64,000 nucleotides of DNA from the human T2T-CHM13v2.0 reference genome, Homo sapiens (GCF_009914755.1 NC_060934.1); one strand, 5' to 3'; shown: positions 46,734 through 59,757, numbered from the stretch's first letter. Translations and numbers: made by a program. Notes: generated by a model not told the origin, from the sequence alone.

Positions 46734-47608
46734 AATAATGGGTAAAATATTTGAATAGTGATTTTTCCAAAGAAGATATACAGATGGTCAATAAACACAT
46801 GAAAAATGCTAAGCCTCATTCATCATTAGGGAAATATAAATCAAAACCATAATAAAATACTTTTTCATACCCACTAGTATGGCTAAATTTTAAAAAGAAC
46901 AATAATAGTAAGTGTTGGCAAGGATGTAAACAAATTAAAACCTCATATATTGCTAGTGGAATTTTAAAATGATACAATCCTTAAGAAAACAGTTTAACAG
47001 TATCTCAAAATATTATATATGGAGTTTCCACATAACACTGTAATTTTATGCTTAGGAATATATACCCAAGAGGAAAAAATGTATTTTCACAAAAACACCT
47101 GTGCACAAATATTCATAGCAGCATTACTTGTAATAGCAAAAAAGGTTTAACCATCCAGTGTCCACCAGGCAGTGGATGGATAAACAAAATGTGCCTTATC
47201 TATATAATAGAACACATTATTTAGCAATAAAATGAAATCAGGTACTGACATATTCAAAACAGTTTTGCCTAGAATACCTGTAAAAACAGCAGTTATAAAT
47301 GACTAGATATTTTATAATTCCATGTATATGAAATGTTCAAAAAAGACAAACGCATATGGAAAGCAAGTAGATTAGTCTACTAAAGTTAAGGGAAGGGGGA
47401 ATGAGAAGCTTAACCATCCAGAGGGCCTTCTAAAGACAAGTCACCAATGTCTAACTGAAGCAGTCCAGTGCCTCTGCTTCATAGCTGTGTTCTTTTCTAT
47501 CCCTTTCATGAAATTTGCCAATAGAATTAGATGTTAGAATTTTTTAATAGGAATGTCTTCTATTTACGGTAAGTATATCAACTGGCTGCTATCAAAGTTT
47601 CATATATA

Positions 47609-47966
47609 CATTGGATTCTTTAACCACTCGGAGTTTAAGGGTGCCTACTCCCATTCATTAGAAAATCAGTGTATAACTTTTGACTCCCCAAAACTTTCTT
47701 AATAGCCTACTGTTGAAGCTTTACTGACTAGTCAATTAACCATATCTTGTATACAAATATATACTGCATTTTTATAATAAAGGAAGCTAGAGAAAGAGAA
47801 TGTTATCAAAATCTATTCATTAAATGGATATGGATCACCGTAAGGGATCACACTGAATAGATTGAAGAAAAGGAAGAAGAAGAGAGGTTGGTCTTGCCGT
47901 CTCAGAGGTGTCAGAGGTGGAAAAAAATCTTCATATATGTGAACCTGTATGGTTCAAACCCGTGTG
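47609..47966. mobile_element. Tigger2a/MER28-like DNA transposon
   Basis: 'gtataacttttgactccccaaaact...taatagcctactgttga...agctagagaaagagaatgttat...ggttggtcttgccgtctcag...ggttcaaacccgtgt'. Confidence 0.82.
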
Positions 47967-48037
47967 TCTGTGTGTATGTGTGTGTGTGTTTACATATATA
48001 TACACACACATATATATACATACACACACACATATAT
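47962..48037. repeat. Compound (TG)n/(TA)n/(CA)n microsatellite
   Basis: Read directly. Confidence 0.85.
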
Positions 48038-48639
48038 GGAAGTTTATTGTTCTCCTGTTAAACTATTTTAATATTTCCTAAGGAAATTATTTGCACATTT
48101 CATCTCAAGCCATAAACAACTTATTTTTTGTTGTTCATACGATACTTCGTTTATTTCAGCTGTGATGTTTTTACAATTCCCCTTTTATGGGAATTTTACT
48201 TCTGAGAGATTCAATGATTTTCCCAGAGCCAAACATTTATCTGTGACGTACTTCTACCTATCATTTTGTTAATTATTTAATTTAAATTCGATATCCAATT
48301 TGGTTACTTCTTAAGGCCAAATCCTACCTGATTTTTAAAGTCACGAGTTTGGGTCTCTTGACAATAACAAGGGTTATACATGAGCGAGTATGACTAATAC
48401 CTGAATAACACTTTCTTATTTCATCTAAGAGAGTTAGATGAAAGGGTTGTTGATATTTGAAAGAAGTAGTCAAATGATTCCACTAACTAGGAAATTAGTA
48501 ACAATGATAAACAAATGAAATCTCCAAATCCTTCAGAGATTCTAAACTTACTTTTTAGTTACTTGAATTGACAGTGTTATTTTCCAAGTAAAGAGAAAGC
48601 GTAACTATAAGAGTGTGAGGCTTTGATCTTGTGCATAAA

Positions 48640-48916
48640 TTTTGTTGTTTTGTTTTTCAACTTTTCTTTTAGATTCAGGGTCCATGTGCAAGTTTGTTAA
48701 CTGGGTATATTGCATGATGCTGAAGTTCGGAATACGAATCATCCTGTCACCCGGGTACTGAGCATAGTACCCAATAGTTTTTCAACCCTTACGCCCCTCC
48801 CTAGCTACCCCCTCTAGTAGTCCCCAGTGTCTACTCTTGTCATCTTTAACTCTCATTTTTAAGTGAGAACATGTGGTATTTGTCTGTTCCTCTGTTAATT
48901 TGCTTAGGATAATGGG
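48640..48916 (-). mobile_element. L1PA15/16-like 3' end fragment
   Basis: 'gggtatattgcatgatgctgaag...tcctgtcacccgggtactgagcatagtacccaatag...ctctagtagtccccagtgtcta'. Confidence 0.85.
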
Positions 48917-50303
48917 TATCAAGTCCATCCACAGGTAAACAAATATTTTTTGACAAGAGTTCTTTTTTTTTTCTCAGCAGGAACAGAAAAAAAGGCAATA
49001 TATTTTTAATTAGGAAAACACGCAAACTACAGTGTAGACTTCCAAGATAGGCATAATGTTATGAAATTATGAGATAAAGAAAAATATGCTGAAATTACTC
49101 CCTTTCTTTTTTAAGTAATTATAAGATCTGTAATGGAGATTGATGGTGAAACTTATCTGGAGGTTATACTTTTAAATTACCAGATTAAAAGCGGTTATGG
49201 AATACTTTTAAAATCTAGATGTATTTGGAGCTCATTTGCTCAGCCCATTTTCATCATAATAGGATTTCAAAAGTGAGTGCAGGGGAAGAAAGGACCCATT
49301 ACAGAGAGGTCACCTGATGCAGCCCTAATGACAATACTGTATTGTTCCTTTTAGCACTGTCTGGAGGGCTTTGTCCAATCTCATTTGAAATTTGCACACA
49401 TTTCACCTTCCTCATTATTTTTAGCTTGAATACCTATTTTCTAATGGCAGTAATGAGTAGTCTGCCAACACAGTCATCTTCCTCTAAAGATGAAAATAGC
49501 AGTCTTTTGGTATGTGGGGCAAAGAGCAGAATTGGTTCACAGTTTCTAGGAGATAAATGAGTAGCTGAAGTTGTACATCTATTTTTGAGTAGAACTCAAC
49601 TCCCTGAGACAAGCATTATTTTAAGGGAATGAAGAAAACAAAGAGGAGATTCTGGAAGCTAGATAGCGTGTTGTTTGAGCTATTTCAGATAGCACTGAGG
49701 ATACCTTGGAACCACAGTCACCCGCATCTCTCCTCTGGTTTTCAGATGTGGAAAACATGGAGAAAACTAACTTTGCTTGAGAGATTGTGCTAATATTTGT
49801 TATGTTTCAATGTGTGAAAGCATTGTTTCAAAATATGATATCAGTTAGTGCTAGGATTCACTATTATAAATTAAATCAAAATTTCCCAGCTTTCTTCATT
49901 AGTAATTATATCACAGAGACATCAAGCCTAGAAATACTGTAGAAAAATATAAAAGCCCAACACGATGTCTCTCACTATTTCTTCATAAAGGCCAGCTATA
50001 GCTAAGGCATCTTTTGTAGTTATTATTATTTTTTATCATTTGACGGTTTCTTCTGCAGCCTACCAGCAAGAGCCTCTTGTTTCTACAGGCACCTTTTGAT
50101 TTCACATTGCCATTTTCTCACGACTCAAGTGAGCACTACCATCTGCCGAGGCGATGGGTCCCTGCTAACCACAGCAGTACAGTAGGCACAGGAAGAAGCA
50201 AGGTACAGAGAGGTGAGAAGAAAGCTCTGGATAAAGGCACAGACGTTGCTGAGTCTTCCTTTAGGAGTATTTTAGACAACATCTTCCACAGGCAGGACTT
50301 ATC

Positions 50304-51183
50304 TGTATCTGGCAACATACCAGATACATACCTCTCATAGAAGATAGCTATGATACTCTGATGATAAACAACTTGGATAAATCAAATCCTGCATGAATTA
50401 ATGTTAAAGATCAGGGAGAAGAGACATTGGAAATGTATGAATAGCATATGTGATGAACCAAACTGAATGCATCAAAAAAAATAGGAAATTTTTAAGGAAA
50501 GGAAGAGAAATTGATGTCTAGCATTAGACTAATAAGGCCTGATAGCCATTGTGAATCCAACATCAAATGTATCAAAAAATCATACTGTACCCCATAAATA
50601 TATAAATTTACTATGTGTTAGTGATGAGGAATTTTTGCTCCTTAGTTCAGCTAAAAATGCGTTCTTGTCAAACAACCAGAAAAGATTAGGCACATGGACA
50701 CATTGAAGGGTGAGGAAAGCAGAAAAAAAGGAGTACTGCTAATAGGCTCCTTCGTAAAATGGCTTTATGTGTTTTCTCTTCTCCTTTACACAGCATCTGT
50801 TATCTGGAGACTGGCTGCTCTCAGTGAAAAAAGAAGGAGTACTGCTAATAGGCTTTCACCTCACAGCCTGAATGCCAGGCCACCACACAAGAACTGAAGA
50901 GGCCAGGCTCCTCCCCATTCTCCCAGTGTGCAGGTGGGCCCCTCATCCATTGCAGGCATGTGCAGAAAAGACCCTGGGCAGGTTCCCTCATCTGCACAAA
51001 AGCATCTGATGTAAACACTTGTGGGGTGAGTCGGAGATTCTCTGGGGACCCTCCCTCATCTGACTCCTGCATCTATCACTACCATTACCTCAAAAACAAT
51101 AAAAAAGTTAAATTGGCATTTTTTTTTAACCTAAAGGCTAGTGTATCTGGCAACATACAAGATACATACCTCTCATAGAAGAT
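50304..51183. repeat. 42-bp direct repeat pair (50304-50345 and 51142-51183; 41/42 identical)
   Basis: tgtatctggcaacatac(c/a)agatacatacctctcatagaagat is present twice, 838 bp apart. Confidence 0.95.
50622..51078 (-). mobile_element. ERV1 solo LTR (LTR9/HUERS-P3-like), internally rearranged
   Basis: TG...CA ends. Contains 'tttttgctccttagttcagctaaa...gattaggcacatggacacattgaagggtgagg' and 'caggccaccacacaagaactgaagaggccaggctcctcccc'. Confidence 0.75.
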
Positions 51184-51285
51184 TAAAAGCTTTTTCGTAC
51201 CAGGGATTGTGTCTTTCACTTTGTATCATTCAACCTAACACAGTGCTTAGCACCCAAAAACTACTCAAAAAACTTAGCCAAGTTC
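51170..51285 (+). mobile_element. L2 3' terminus
   Basis: 'cagggattgtgtctttcactttgtatc...acctaacacagtgcttagcac...actcaaaaaac'. Confidence 0.65.
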
Positions 51286-51899
51286 ATTATATTCTAAATA
51301 TTAAATAAATCACACACATACACATATATGTAAAGCTGTCAAAGACCGATTTCTCTCTTCAGTAAGATTGTCATACATAATGAAATGTAGTAAAAATGTT
51401 CAGTCATAACTGTCTTCATTCCCTTCTGCTTACAGTTATTTAGAAAACAATATTTGTATCCTAATGCCCATTGAACTCAAGCTAGAAAAATATTAAGAGT
51501 GAAAGATTGAAAAGTGAAATGATTTAAGTCAAAGGAGGGGGGAAAATGAGACTTTAATGAATGTAAGTATGTTAGGGTTTAGGTTTGTATTCTAGAAACA
51601 AGCCAGACAGTTTTCTATTGTGCCTATATATTATATAAAGAGCTCTAAAATATGCATAAGGTACTAAGTGTCTTTTGAAATATAACAAGAAAAAAATATT
51701 TTGTGTGGCTGGAACAACCACTCAGGTAAATAAGATAAGACTTGAGACTTCCAGGAGACACACTCCAGTAACAAAAGATGTTCCTTAAACTGCCTCTATG
51801 GGAGTTAATTTGGAGGAGGAGGGAAAAATGAGTAGTCTGAAAAGAAGAATAGGAAGGAGACAGGATAATTGGGGGAATATAAATAGCAGGAAAAACAAA

Positions 51900-52159
51900 A
51901 TAGGCACTTTGGAGCACTACCCTTGATATGTATCAACTCTGACTATTTCTGTGTCACCCTACCTACCCAAGATTCAAATTCCTGGGAAAGAATCAGGAGA
52001 TTTCAGATTTGGCTTGGGGAGTACAGGGAGCCTCTACTGACAGTCTTACCAAGACTTAGAGTAGAAGAGAGTTGTACTTCAAAGGAAATTTTAAAAACTT
52101 GTTAGCAATAGCTGGAGGAAAGGGTGCTGTACAAATCTAAGTATCAGATGTTCATTACA
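51900..52159 (-). mobile_element. MLT1K/L-like LTR relic (may extend left to about 51570)
   Basis: 'gattcaaattcctgggaaagaatc...caaaggaaatt...cagatgttcattaca'. Confidence 0.5.
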
Positions 52160-52191
52160 CATAGTTATGGCACGAAACTATTACTAGTGAC

Positions 52192-52420
52192 TACTTAATA
52201 ATATCCACATGAATAATGCACTTTGTGGCAGGTTCTGTCTTAAGACTTACTGATATTAACTCATTTAACCCTCACAAAAACTTTCTTTATTCCTCTTTTG
52301 CAGATAAAGACACATGTACTTAGAGAGAAAGAGTTGATTTAAAGTTACACAGCTATGTAGCAGCAGAAACAAAATTTGAGTCCAGGATACCTGGCCCCAG
52401 AATCTACCTCTACTTCACAT
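52192..52420 (-). mobile_element. MIR SINE
   Basis: 'aactcatttaaccctcacaa...ttttgcagataaagacac...aaagttacacagcta...tttgagtccagg'. Confidence 0.75.
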
Positions 52421-54410
52421 GGCTTCTCAAATACATGCTGCCTGGAAAATAGAGCAGCCAGTCTCCAGCTAAGAGATGCTGTGTAAAGAAGAGAAAAAAC
52501 GTAAAGCCATTAAACCATTTCATTATACCACTTTATTGCATTTATTGAAAGAGTGTTTGAACTTTCATTTCATGAATCAGAATTCAATTCTTGGCCTCAA
52601 TTTCATGAAAGCTTGGAAGATTAAAAATCTCACTTTTATACATGAAAGTTAAGTGCTTAACGATTCAGTGCATATAATCAAGGTTTGGAGTTTTTCAAAA
52701 GTCCACTATCTTCTCCGTCAAAAATCAGAGACTTCAGTGCCTAAATGTTATCAAAAGATTCCTTTTGTCATTTATTCAAAGATTAGAACTTCTTGCTTGA
52801 AGTAGGTGAGATCACTAACACCATATCATTTCAGTTCCCTCATCACAATATTCAACAGAATCACATAATTGGAAGCTTAGCCAAGCATAACAGGCATTAA
52901 CAGGTGATGGTACAATCAGATACCACTCTTATCTTCTTACTTGCAAACCCAGGCCATTTCACACTGGAAAGGATTTATAGTCTCAGAAGGCACACAAAAA
53001 AAAAAGCAGCCCGTGAAAAGAGAGTCTTCACAAAGGCAGGGATATCAATACCCTCTAGCAACTGCAGCGATAAGCAGAGTTCAATTTACCCAGGTCCTAT
53101 GCTGGGCGAAAAAGCAGATGATGTCAAATAAGAGCCTTTCATTGGACTGGCCCCTAGAACAGGCAAATAGCAAAGCTTATGAAAAAAATAATTTGTGACT
53201 AACCATTAAACACTGGCTACATCAATTATCCATTAACTCTCATTTGCTAGCAATGAAATTTTGTTATAAAATGGGACCTGTATTTTGAAGACTCCACTCC
53301 CAAATCTGTGGCTTTAAATGAAATAAATCACTGATAACACTGATGCAGAAGCTTAATATTAACTAAAAATAACTTCATTATTTTCTCAAAAACTATTCAT
53401 CATGGACTTCTATGATCGTTATGATCATCTTATTTTTCTATTCCATATCCTATTAGTAGCAGAAAGTGTAGTAGAGTCTTAGAAAATCCATACTTAGATT
53501 AAGTATTAGAAAGCCATTTGAGGCAAGATACCTCATCAAAATTATTGCCATATAAAGGAAAGACACTAATCCACATCCATTTGCAGATTCAGCAAATGTC
53601 AATGCAGAGAAAAGTCTAAAAGAAAGTCACTATGGGGAGGAGACAATGGACTTAATTATAGTCCAACTTTACAGTAAAGTTGTCTAGTCCGATTAAACAG
53701 AGAGAGAGATGCCAAGGTATTATGGTTTCTTTCTATATTATTTACCTCATATGACAAACTTCGAGATGAAGATTAAGAACATTCCTTGTTTATAAAGGAG
53801 AGAAAAGATTGTTTGCAGGGAAACTACCAATTCAACAACTGCAGGGACACCACCTAACTGCACACATTTTCAATCTCTTGTTCAGAGATTGAACAAGAGT
53901 GTTTGAATCTCCCTAACAAATTTATTGATTTCATGGTACTTCCTGCCATGCTCCCAAGGAGAGAAGTAACCATTCTCTCTCCAGAAAGGGTTCACCTTGT
54001 TTTAGAATTTCTTTCATGTAGTTTTTTCTGCATCCTGGTCTGACAGTTTTTTTGAATTTTTTATGTTTTTGGAGTTTATCTAATATGTTTTCATTGTTAA
54101 GTCTCTTGTGACTTTGTACCTCTTAAAGGGACCAGAAACAACAATTATAATTCTAAGTGATGTTTTCATTATTACAGAAGTTCACATATATAGAAAATCA
54201 ACTTTTTTAATGCCTTAGATGGGTATCTGTCTAAATGCAAAGTGAAATAGATCAAATCCTTAGATTTTTTTTTATTTCTTCTTGTATTCACGGTAATGAC
54301 AACTTAATAAGAACTGAATGTCAAACACTTCACCAAGAAAAGGTTTTTAGGGCTTTATCTTGTAGTTAGTTTGGTATTTTATAACACATGGAGACTGTCC
54401 TATTAAAATA

Positions 54411-54458
54411 GTAGGTAGGTAGGTAGGTAGGTAGGTAGGTAGGTAGGTAGGTAGGTAG
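54411..54458. repeat. (GTAG)12 perfect tetranucleotide microsatellite
   Basis: 48 nt uninterrupted, counted directly. Confidence 0.95.
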
Positions 54459-54819
54459 AATGATCAATCAATCAATCTAACACTCACAGCATCCTCCCGC
54501 ATCGTTCTTTATCTTTTCTTAATATTTCTTACCTAAATTGATGAGATGATGTTATCCATAAAATAAACAGAACTATAGTTTTAAAGTTATATCAGGGACT
54601 CAGTTTATATTTGATGCAACTTAAATATGGTGAGAAAACATACAGACCAAACTTTACAGTTAGACCAACTGCTTAATTTCTCTAAACCTTCAGTTTCTTC
54701 ATCTGAAAACTGAGAGTACATTTTTTAAATTTAATTCTCAAAACTGGATAATAGGAGTTACTATGACTGCCGGCATAGAATTTTGGGCAAGCTAGACCCT
54801 CAAACATATTAATTAGAGT

Positions 54820-55060
54820 GCTTAATATATATCACACGATTACTAAGTTCCAAGCCATATGCTGAGTGGTTCACATGCATGATGTCCTCTTTTCAGTGTA
54901 ACAACCCTGTGGGATATAAACTCTAACTATTCTCAATATTCAGTGAGGAAATCTCTCAGAGATAACTTGCTTAAGGTCACATAGCAAGAAAATAGCAGCA
55001 CTAGTGACTCTAAGGATAGACTTATAACTACAATTCTATACTGTGCTCCATATACCCTTA
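54820..55060 (-). mobile_element. MIR SINE (a second MIR core on + at about 54660-54720)
   Basis: 'acaaccctgtggga...cagtgaggaaatctctcagagataacttgcttaaggtcacatagc'. Confidence 0.65.
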
Positions 55061-55829
55061 CCATTGTTTCCCTCTCCATTCCCTTTTGATGCATGATGAA
55101 CCTGTGTTGGCCTGAATTCTGCTCCAAACAATATGGCATCATCACAAGAAGATTCCAAGATAACACTACAAAATTTTCAACTCCCTTCTGCATAATCTCA
55201 CCAAATAATTATTCCCTGCCATTTCAATTGCATATCCTTCAGATGATCAGAAAGCTCTTTCACTTCTATTCTCTCATTCTTCCTCTGTCATCCTTCCCAA
55301 GCCATCAATACTTGGTCTCTTTATGCAGAAGTCAACTATTTGACTTTATCATTTTGCCTCTTCTCTCTCCTAACCATTTTCTTCCTCATCAGCTGACAAG
55401 TTTTAGCTATAGCAATGCTTGGAGAGAAAACCTACTTCTAATGAAAGATTCACAGACATCTTTACTTCCATTTAAGGAGAGAGATACTGATTTCTGAATT
55501 CATAATACACAATGTCCCCAAATATGGGGAAAAAAGTTTCAAAAAACTATAGTGTCACTGTGCTTAAAGCAGTGATCACAGATACACGGTTGCATGAACT
55601 ATAAGTGTAGTGGAAGATGGAACCTAAATCAGATTTCTGGATGCAGAATCACAGAATAGATGACTAGAGTGCATTGAACCACAGGGAGCATTGTGCTACT
55701 CATCTCCAGAAATATTTTAATAAAACTTTCTTGATGAAGAAAAAAAAAACTTCATAACACAAAAGTTGAGAATGCTGCCAAAGTTAGCTGTCTCAATTCT
55801 ATGAAGTTTTAAAAAGTAAATATCAAATG

Positions 55830-58055
55830 AATTAGGTCCCATTTGTCAATCTTTGTTTTTGTTGCAATTGTTTTTGAGGACTTGGTCAAAAATTCTTTAC
55901 GAAGGCCAATGTCCAGAATGATATTTCCTGGGTTTTCACTGAAGATTCTTATATTTGACATCTTACATTTAAATCTTTAATGCATCTTGAGTTAATTTTT
56001 GTATATGGTGAAATGAAGGGGTCCAGTTTTATTCTTCTGCATATGGCTAGCCAGCTATCCCAGCACCATTTATTAAATAGGGAGTGCTTCCTCCATAGCT
56101 TATTTTTGTCAACTTTGTTGGAGTTTAGATGGCTATAGGTACGCAGCTTTACTTCTGGGTTCTCTAATCTGTTCCATTTATCTATGTGTCTGTTTTAGTA
56201 CTAGTACCACACTGTTTTGGTTACTATAGCCTTATAGTATAGTTTGAAGCCAGGTAATGTGATCGCTCTGAATTTGTCCTTTTTGCTTAGGATTGCTTTG
56301 GCTATTTGGGATATTTTTGGTTCTAAATGATTATAATTGCTTTTTTCTAATTCTGTGAAAAATGACATTAGTAATCTGATAGGACTGGTGTTGAACCTGA
56401 AGTTTGCTTTGAGCAGTATGGCCATTTTAACAATATTAATTCTTTCAATCCATGAGCATGGACTGTGTTTTCATTTGTTTGTGTTCTATGACAGAAAACA
56501 CTTCTTTCAGCAGTGTTCTGTAGTTCTTCTTGTAGAGATCTGTCATCTCCTTGGTTAGATATATTCCTAGACATGTTATCTTTTTGTGGCTATTGTAAAT
56601 AGAATTGCATTTTTTTTTGGCTCTCAGCTTGAACGTTGTTGGTGCTTAGAAATGCTACTAGTTTTTAATGTTAATTTGATATCCTGGAACATTACTGAAG
56701 TCATTTATCAGTTCTAGGAGCCTTTTGATGGAGTCTTTAGGGTTCTTTAGGTATAGAATCACATCAGCAGGAAAGAGATAATAGACTTTTTTTTTCCTAT
56801 TTGGGTTTCTTTTATTTTTTTTTCCTGCTTGATTGCTCTGGCTAGGATGTCCAGTATTATGTTGAATAGGAGTGGTAAGAATGGGCACACTTGTCTCGTC
56901 CCTGTTCTTAAGGGGAATGTTTTCAGGTTTTCCCATTCAGTATGATGTTAGTTGTAGGTTTGTCATAGGTGTCTCCTATTACCTTGAGGTATGTTCCACT
57001 TATGTCTCATTTGTTGAGGGTTTTTAATCATGAAGTGTTGTTGGATTTTCCTAAAAGCTTTTACCACACCTATTCAGAGTATCTGAAGGAACTGTAAACA
57101 GAGAAAAAACACAACTTGCCAAGTGGGAGAAAATATTTACAAATTATGCATCTGACAAAAGTCTTATACAGAATCTATAAGGAATTTAAACCAATATACA
57201 AGCAAAAAGCAAATAACCTCATTACAAATGGACACTTCTCAAAAGAAGACATACAAATGGCCAAAAAACACATAAAGAAATACTCAACATCACTAATCAT
57301 CAGAAAAATGCAAATCAAGACCATAATGTGATAGCATATTACACAAGTCAGAATGGCTATTGTTAAAAAGTCAAAAATTAACAGTTGCTGGTGAGGCTGC
57401 AGAAAAAAGGGAATATTTATAAACTGTTGGTGGCAATGTAGATTAGTTCAACCACTTTGAAAAGCAGTTTGGCAATTTCTCAAAGAACTTAAAACAGAAC
57501 TAACATTCAACCTAGCAATCCCATTACTGGGTATATATCCAAAGGAAAATATATAATTCTACTAAAAGACATATGCACTCGTTATGTTCACTGCAGTACT
57601 ATCCACAATAGCAAAGATATGGAATCAACCTAGGTGACCATAAATGGTAGATTAGATAAGGAAAATGTGGTACATATACACCATGGAATACTACACAGCC
57701 ATAAAGAAGAATGAAATTATGTTCTTTTGCAGCAACAAGAATGCAGCTGCAGGCCATTATCCTAAGTGAATTAACACAAGAACAGAAAACCAAGTACTGC
57801 ATGCTCTCACTTACAGATGGGAGCTAGGCATTAGGTTCACATGGACATAAAGTTGGCAACAGTGGTCACTGAGGAGTACTAGTGGGGAGATAGGGAGGGA
57901 GCAAATGCTGAAAAAGTAACTATTGAGTACTGTGCTCCAAACCCGGGTGTTAGGATCATTCATACTCTAAACTTTAGCATCACGCAATATATTCATGTAA
58001 CAAACCAGCACATGTACCCTCTGAACTTAAAATAAAAGTTGAAATTATCTTAAAA
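55830..58055 (+). mobile_element. L1PA15/16-L1PB-like element with a 5' inversion (about 55830-57079 antisense; about 57080-58055 sense)
   Basis: Minus-strand ORF2 fragments (56201-56425, 56658-56936) are followed by plus-strand ORF2 (57116-57331) and a 3' UTR ending 'aacttaaaataaaagttgaaatt'. Degenerate TSD aaagtaaa(t/c)a..aaa. Confidence 0.9.
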
Positions 58056-58309
58056 AATAAAGTAAACAAGAAAGCAGAGAGGCATCCCTGGCACAGTGTA
58101 AACCCATGCTTAGCTCAAAAGGCATTATATATGATTTGAAGCTACAAATGGCACATAAATAACCAACTCCTTTCTGGAAAGGCTGAGCCTGGAAGACAAA
58201 CATAAACACAAGAGAAAAGAAGACAAGCAAAAGTGACAGAGTGGCAGCCAAGGCTGAAAAGATAGTGTTTAACCTATAATTCAGTAAGCTCTTGCTACGT
58301 ATCAGGCAC

Positions 58310-58385
58310 TGTGTGTGTGTCTGTGTGTGTGTGTCTGTGTGTGTGTGTGTGTATGTATATGTGCATATATATGTATATATGTACA
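58310..58385. repeat. (TG)n/(TA)n microsatellite
   Basis: Read directly. Confidence 0.9.
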
Positions 58386-58489
58386 TAATCTCGTTTAATT
58401 TTACAGCATTGTGAGACATGACATATTAAATAAATCATACAGGTGAAGGAAATCAGGTTCAGACTACTAAATAGCAGGCCCAAGATCAT

Positions 58490-59170
58490 TATTTATTAGG
58501 AAAATGCTCATCACAATGAAATAAAATCTTATACCCACTACTAGTGTGGCAAAAATTAAAAAGACAATAAGACAATACCAAATACGGTTGAGGATGTGGA
58601 ACAACTATGTTTTTAAAGTAAGGCAGTATTTATAAGGTAAAATATACATTTGCCCTAAGACCTTTCATTTGCACTCTTAAACATTCACCTACAAGAAGTA
58701 AAACAGTATTTTCACAAAAAATTGTAAAATAATACTTATGGAAGCTTTATTTATGGTATCCAAACTTGTAAAAAATGTAAATCAACCAGAAAATTGTTAA
58801 ATATATTGTAGTATATTTATGAAATTTTATGCAGCAGCTAAAAAAATCAAACAAGTGACAAATCTACAACAAAGGTGAACTCAAAAAACATTATTTTTGA
58901 AAAAAAGATATAAACTATGTAACTGCATTTACATTAATTAGAAAGAACTAATATAAAGTGATAGGAAATCAGAACAGTGGTTTTCTATGGCACGGGATTG
59001 CCCTTGGTGTGGTAGCTACAAAGGGATTTAAGGGAACTTCCTAGGGTGATACAAATGTTCTATATCTTGACTGAGTAGAGATTACACGTACATACATTTG
59101 TCAAAGCTCATTGAACTGTACAATTCCTTTCTGTACAGCTCACTTTATATATTTTTCTTCCTTTAAAAAA
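58490..59170 (+). mobile_element. L1ME-type 3' end
   Basis: 'gttgaggatgtggaacaact...gaaatcagaacagtggtt...gggtgatacaaatgttctatatcttga...catttgtcaaagctcattgaactgtaca'. Confidence 0.8.
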
Positions 59171-59757
59171 TGCTAATATATTTGAATCAATTAGCATACC
59201 ACCTGGTGCAATATGCTCAATAATGATCAGTTATTGTTATTCACATCTAACTCTTGGTATGGGATGGGGAGAGAAGATATGTTAAAGATATGTAAGTAAT
59301 TCCTCAAGTGGGCCAAGACTATAACCAGAAAAGCAAACCAAATCTCTAGTATTCATTAACTAAGAGTTGGATCATCCCCATACACAGTAATTCTTACACA
59401 TCCTTTAAAACAAAGATGTTATTATCCTTTTCATTGGAAAATAAAATATTTCTCTCAATTTGGCACTTTTATTTAACAAAAAATACACAAAAATTATTTT
59501 CAAAATTAATATAAATTATTACTCTTCATTTCACTTGTTAGGCAATTCTTGTTTCCTGAAAAGCATGATTACTCTTGTGCCATTCCTACATTAAAAATAT
59601 GATCAATTCCATTAAATCAGAGAACATTATCTGTCAAGGATATTAATATAACATTTATTTATAAGAAGCGGTTTTTGAGCTCTCATACTCTTAATTTTAC
59701 AAGTGTGCTACAACTTTAGAAAATGTCCCATAAGGCCTATGCTTATAAATGCAAGAA

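Noticed and set aside
50304-51183. The 42-bp hairpin-containing repeats as a CRISPR-like array
   Set aside because: There are only two copies, 838 bp apart, with no regular spacers and no cas genes, in a eukaryotic context.
55093-55497. 134-aa ORF in non-annotated DNA
   Set aside because: It has a Leu/Ser/Phe-rich composition typical of chance ORFs, no recognisable domain and no splice context.
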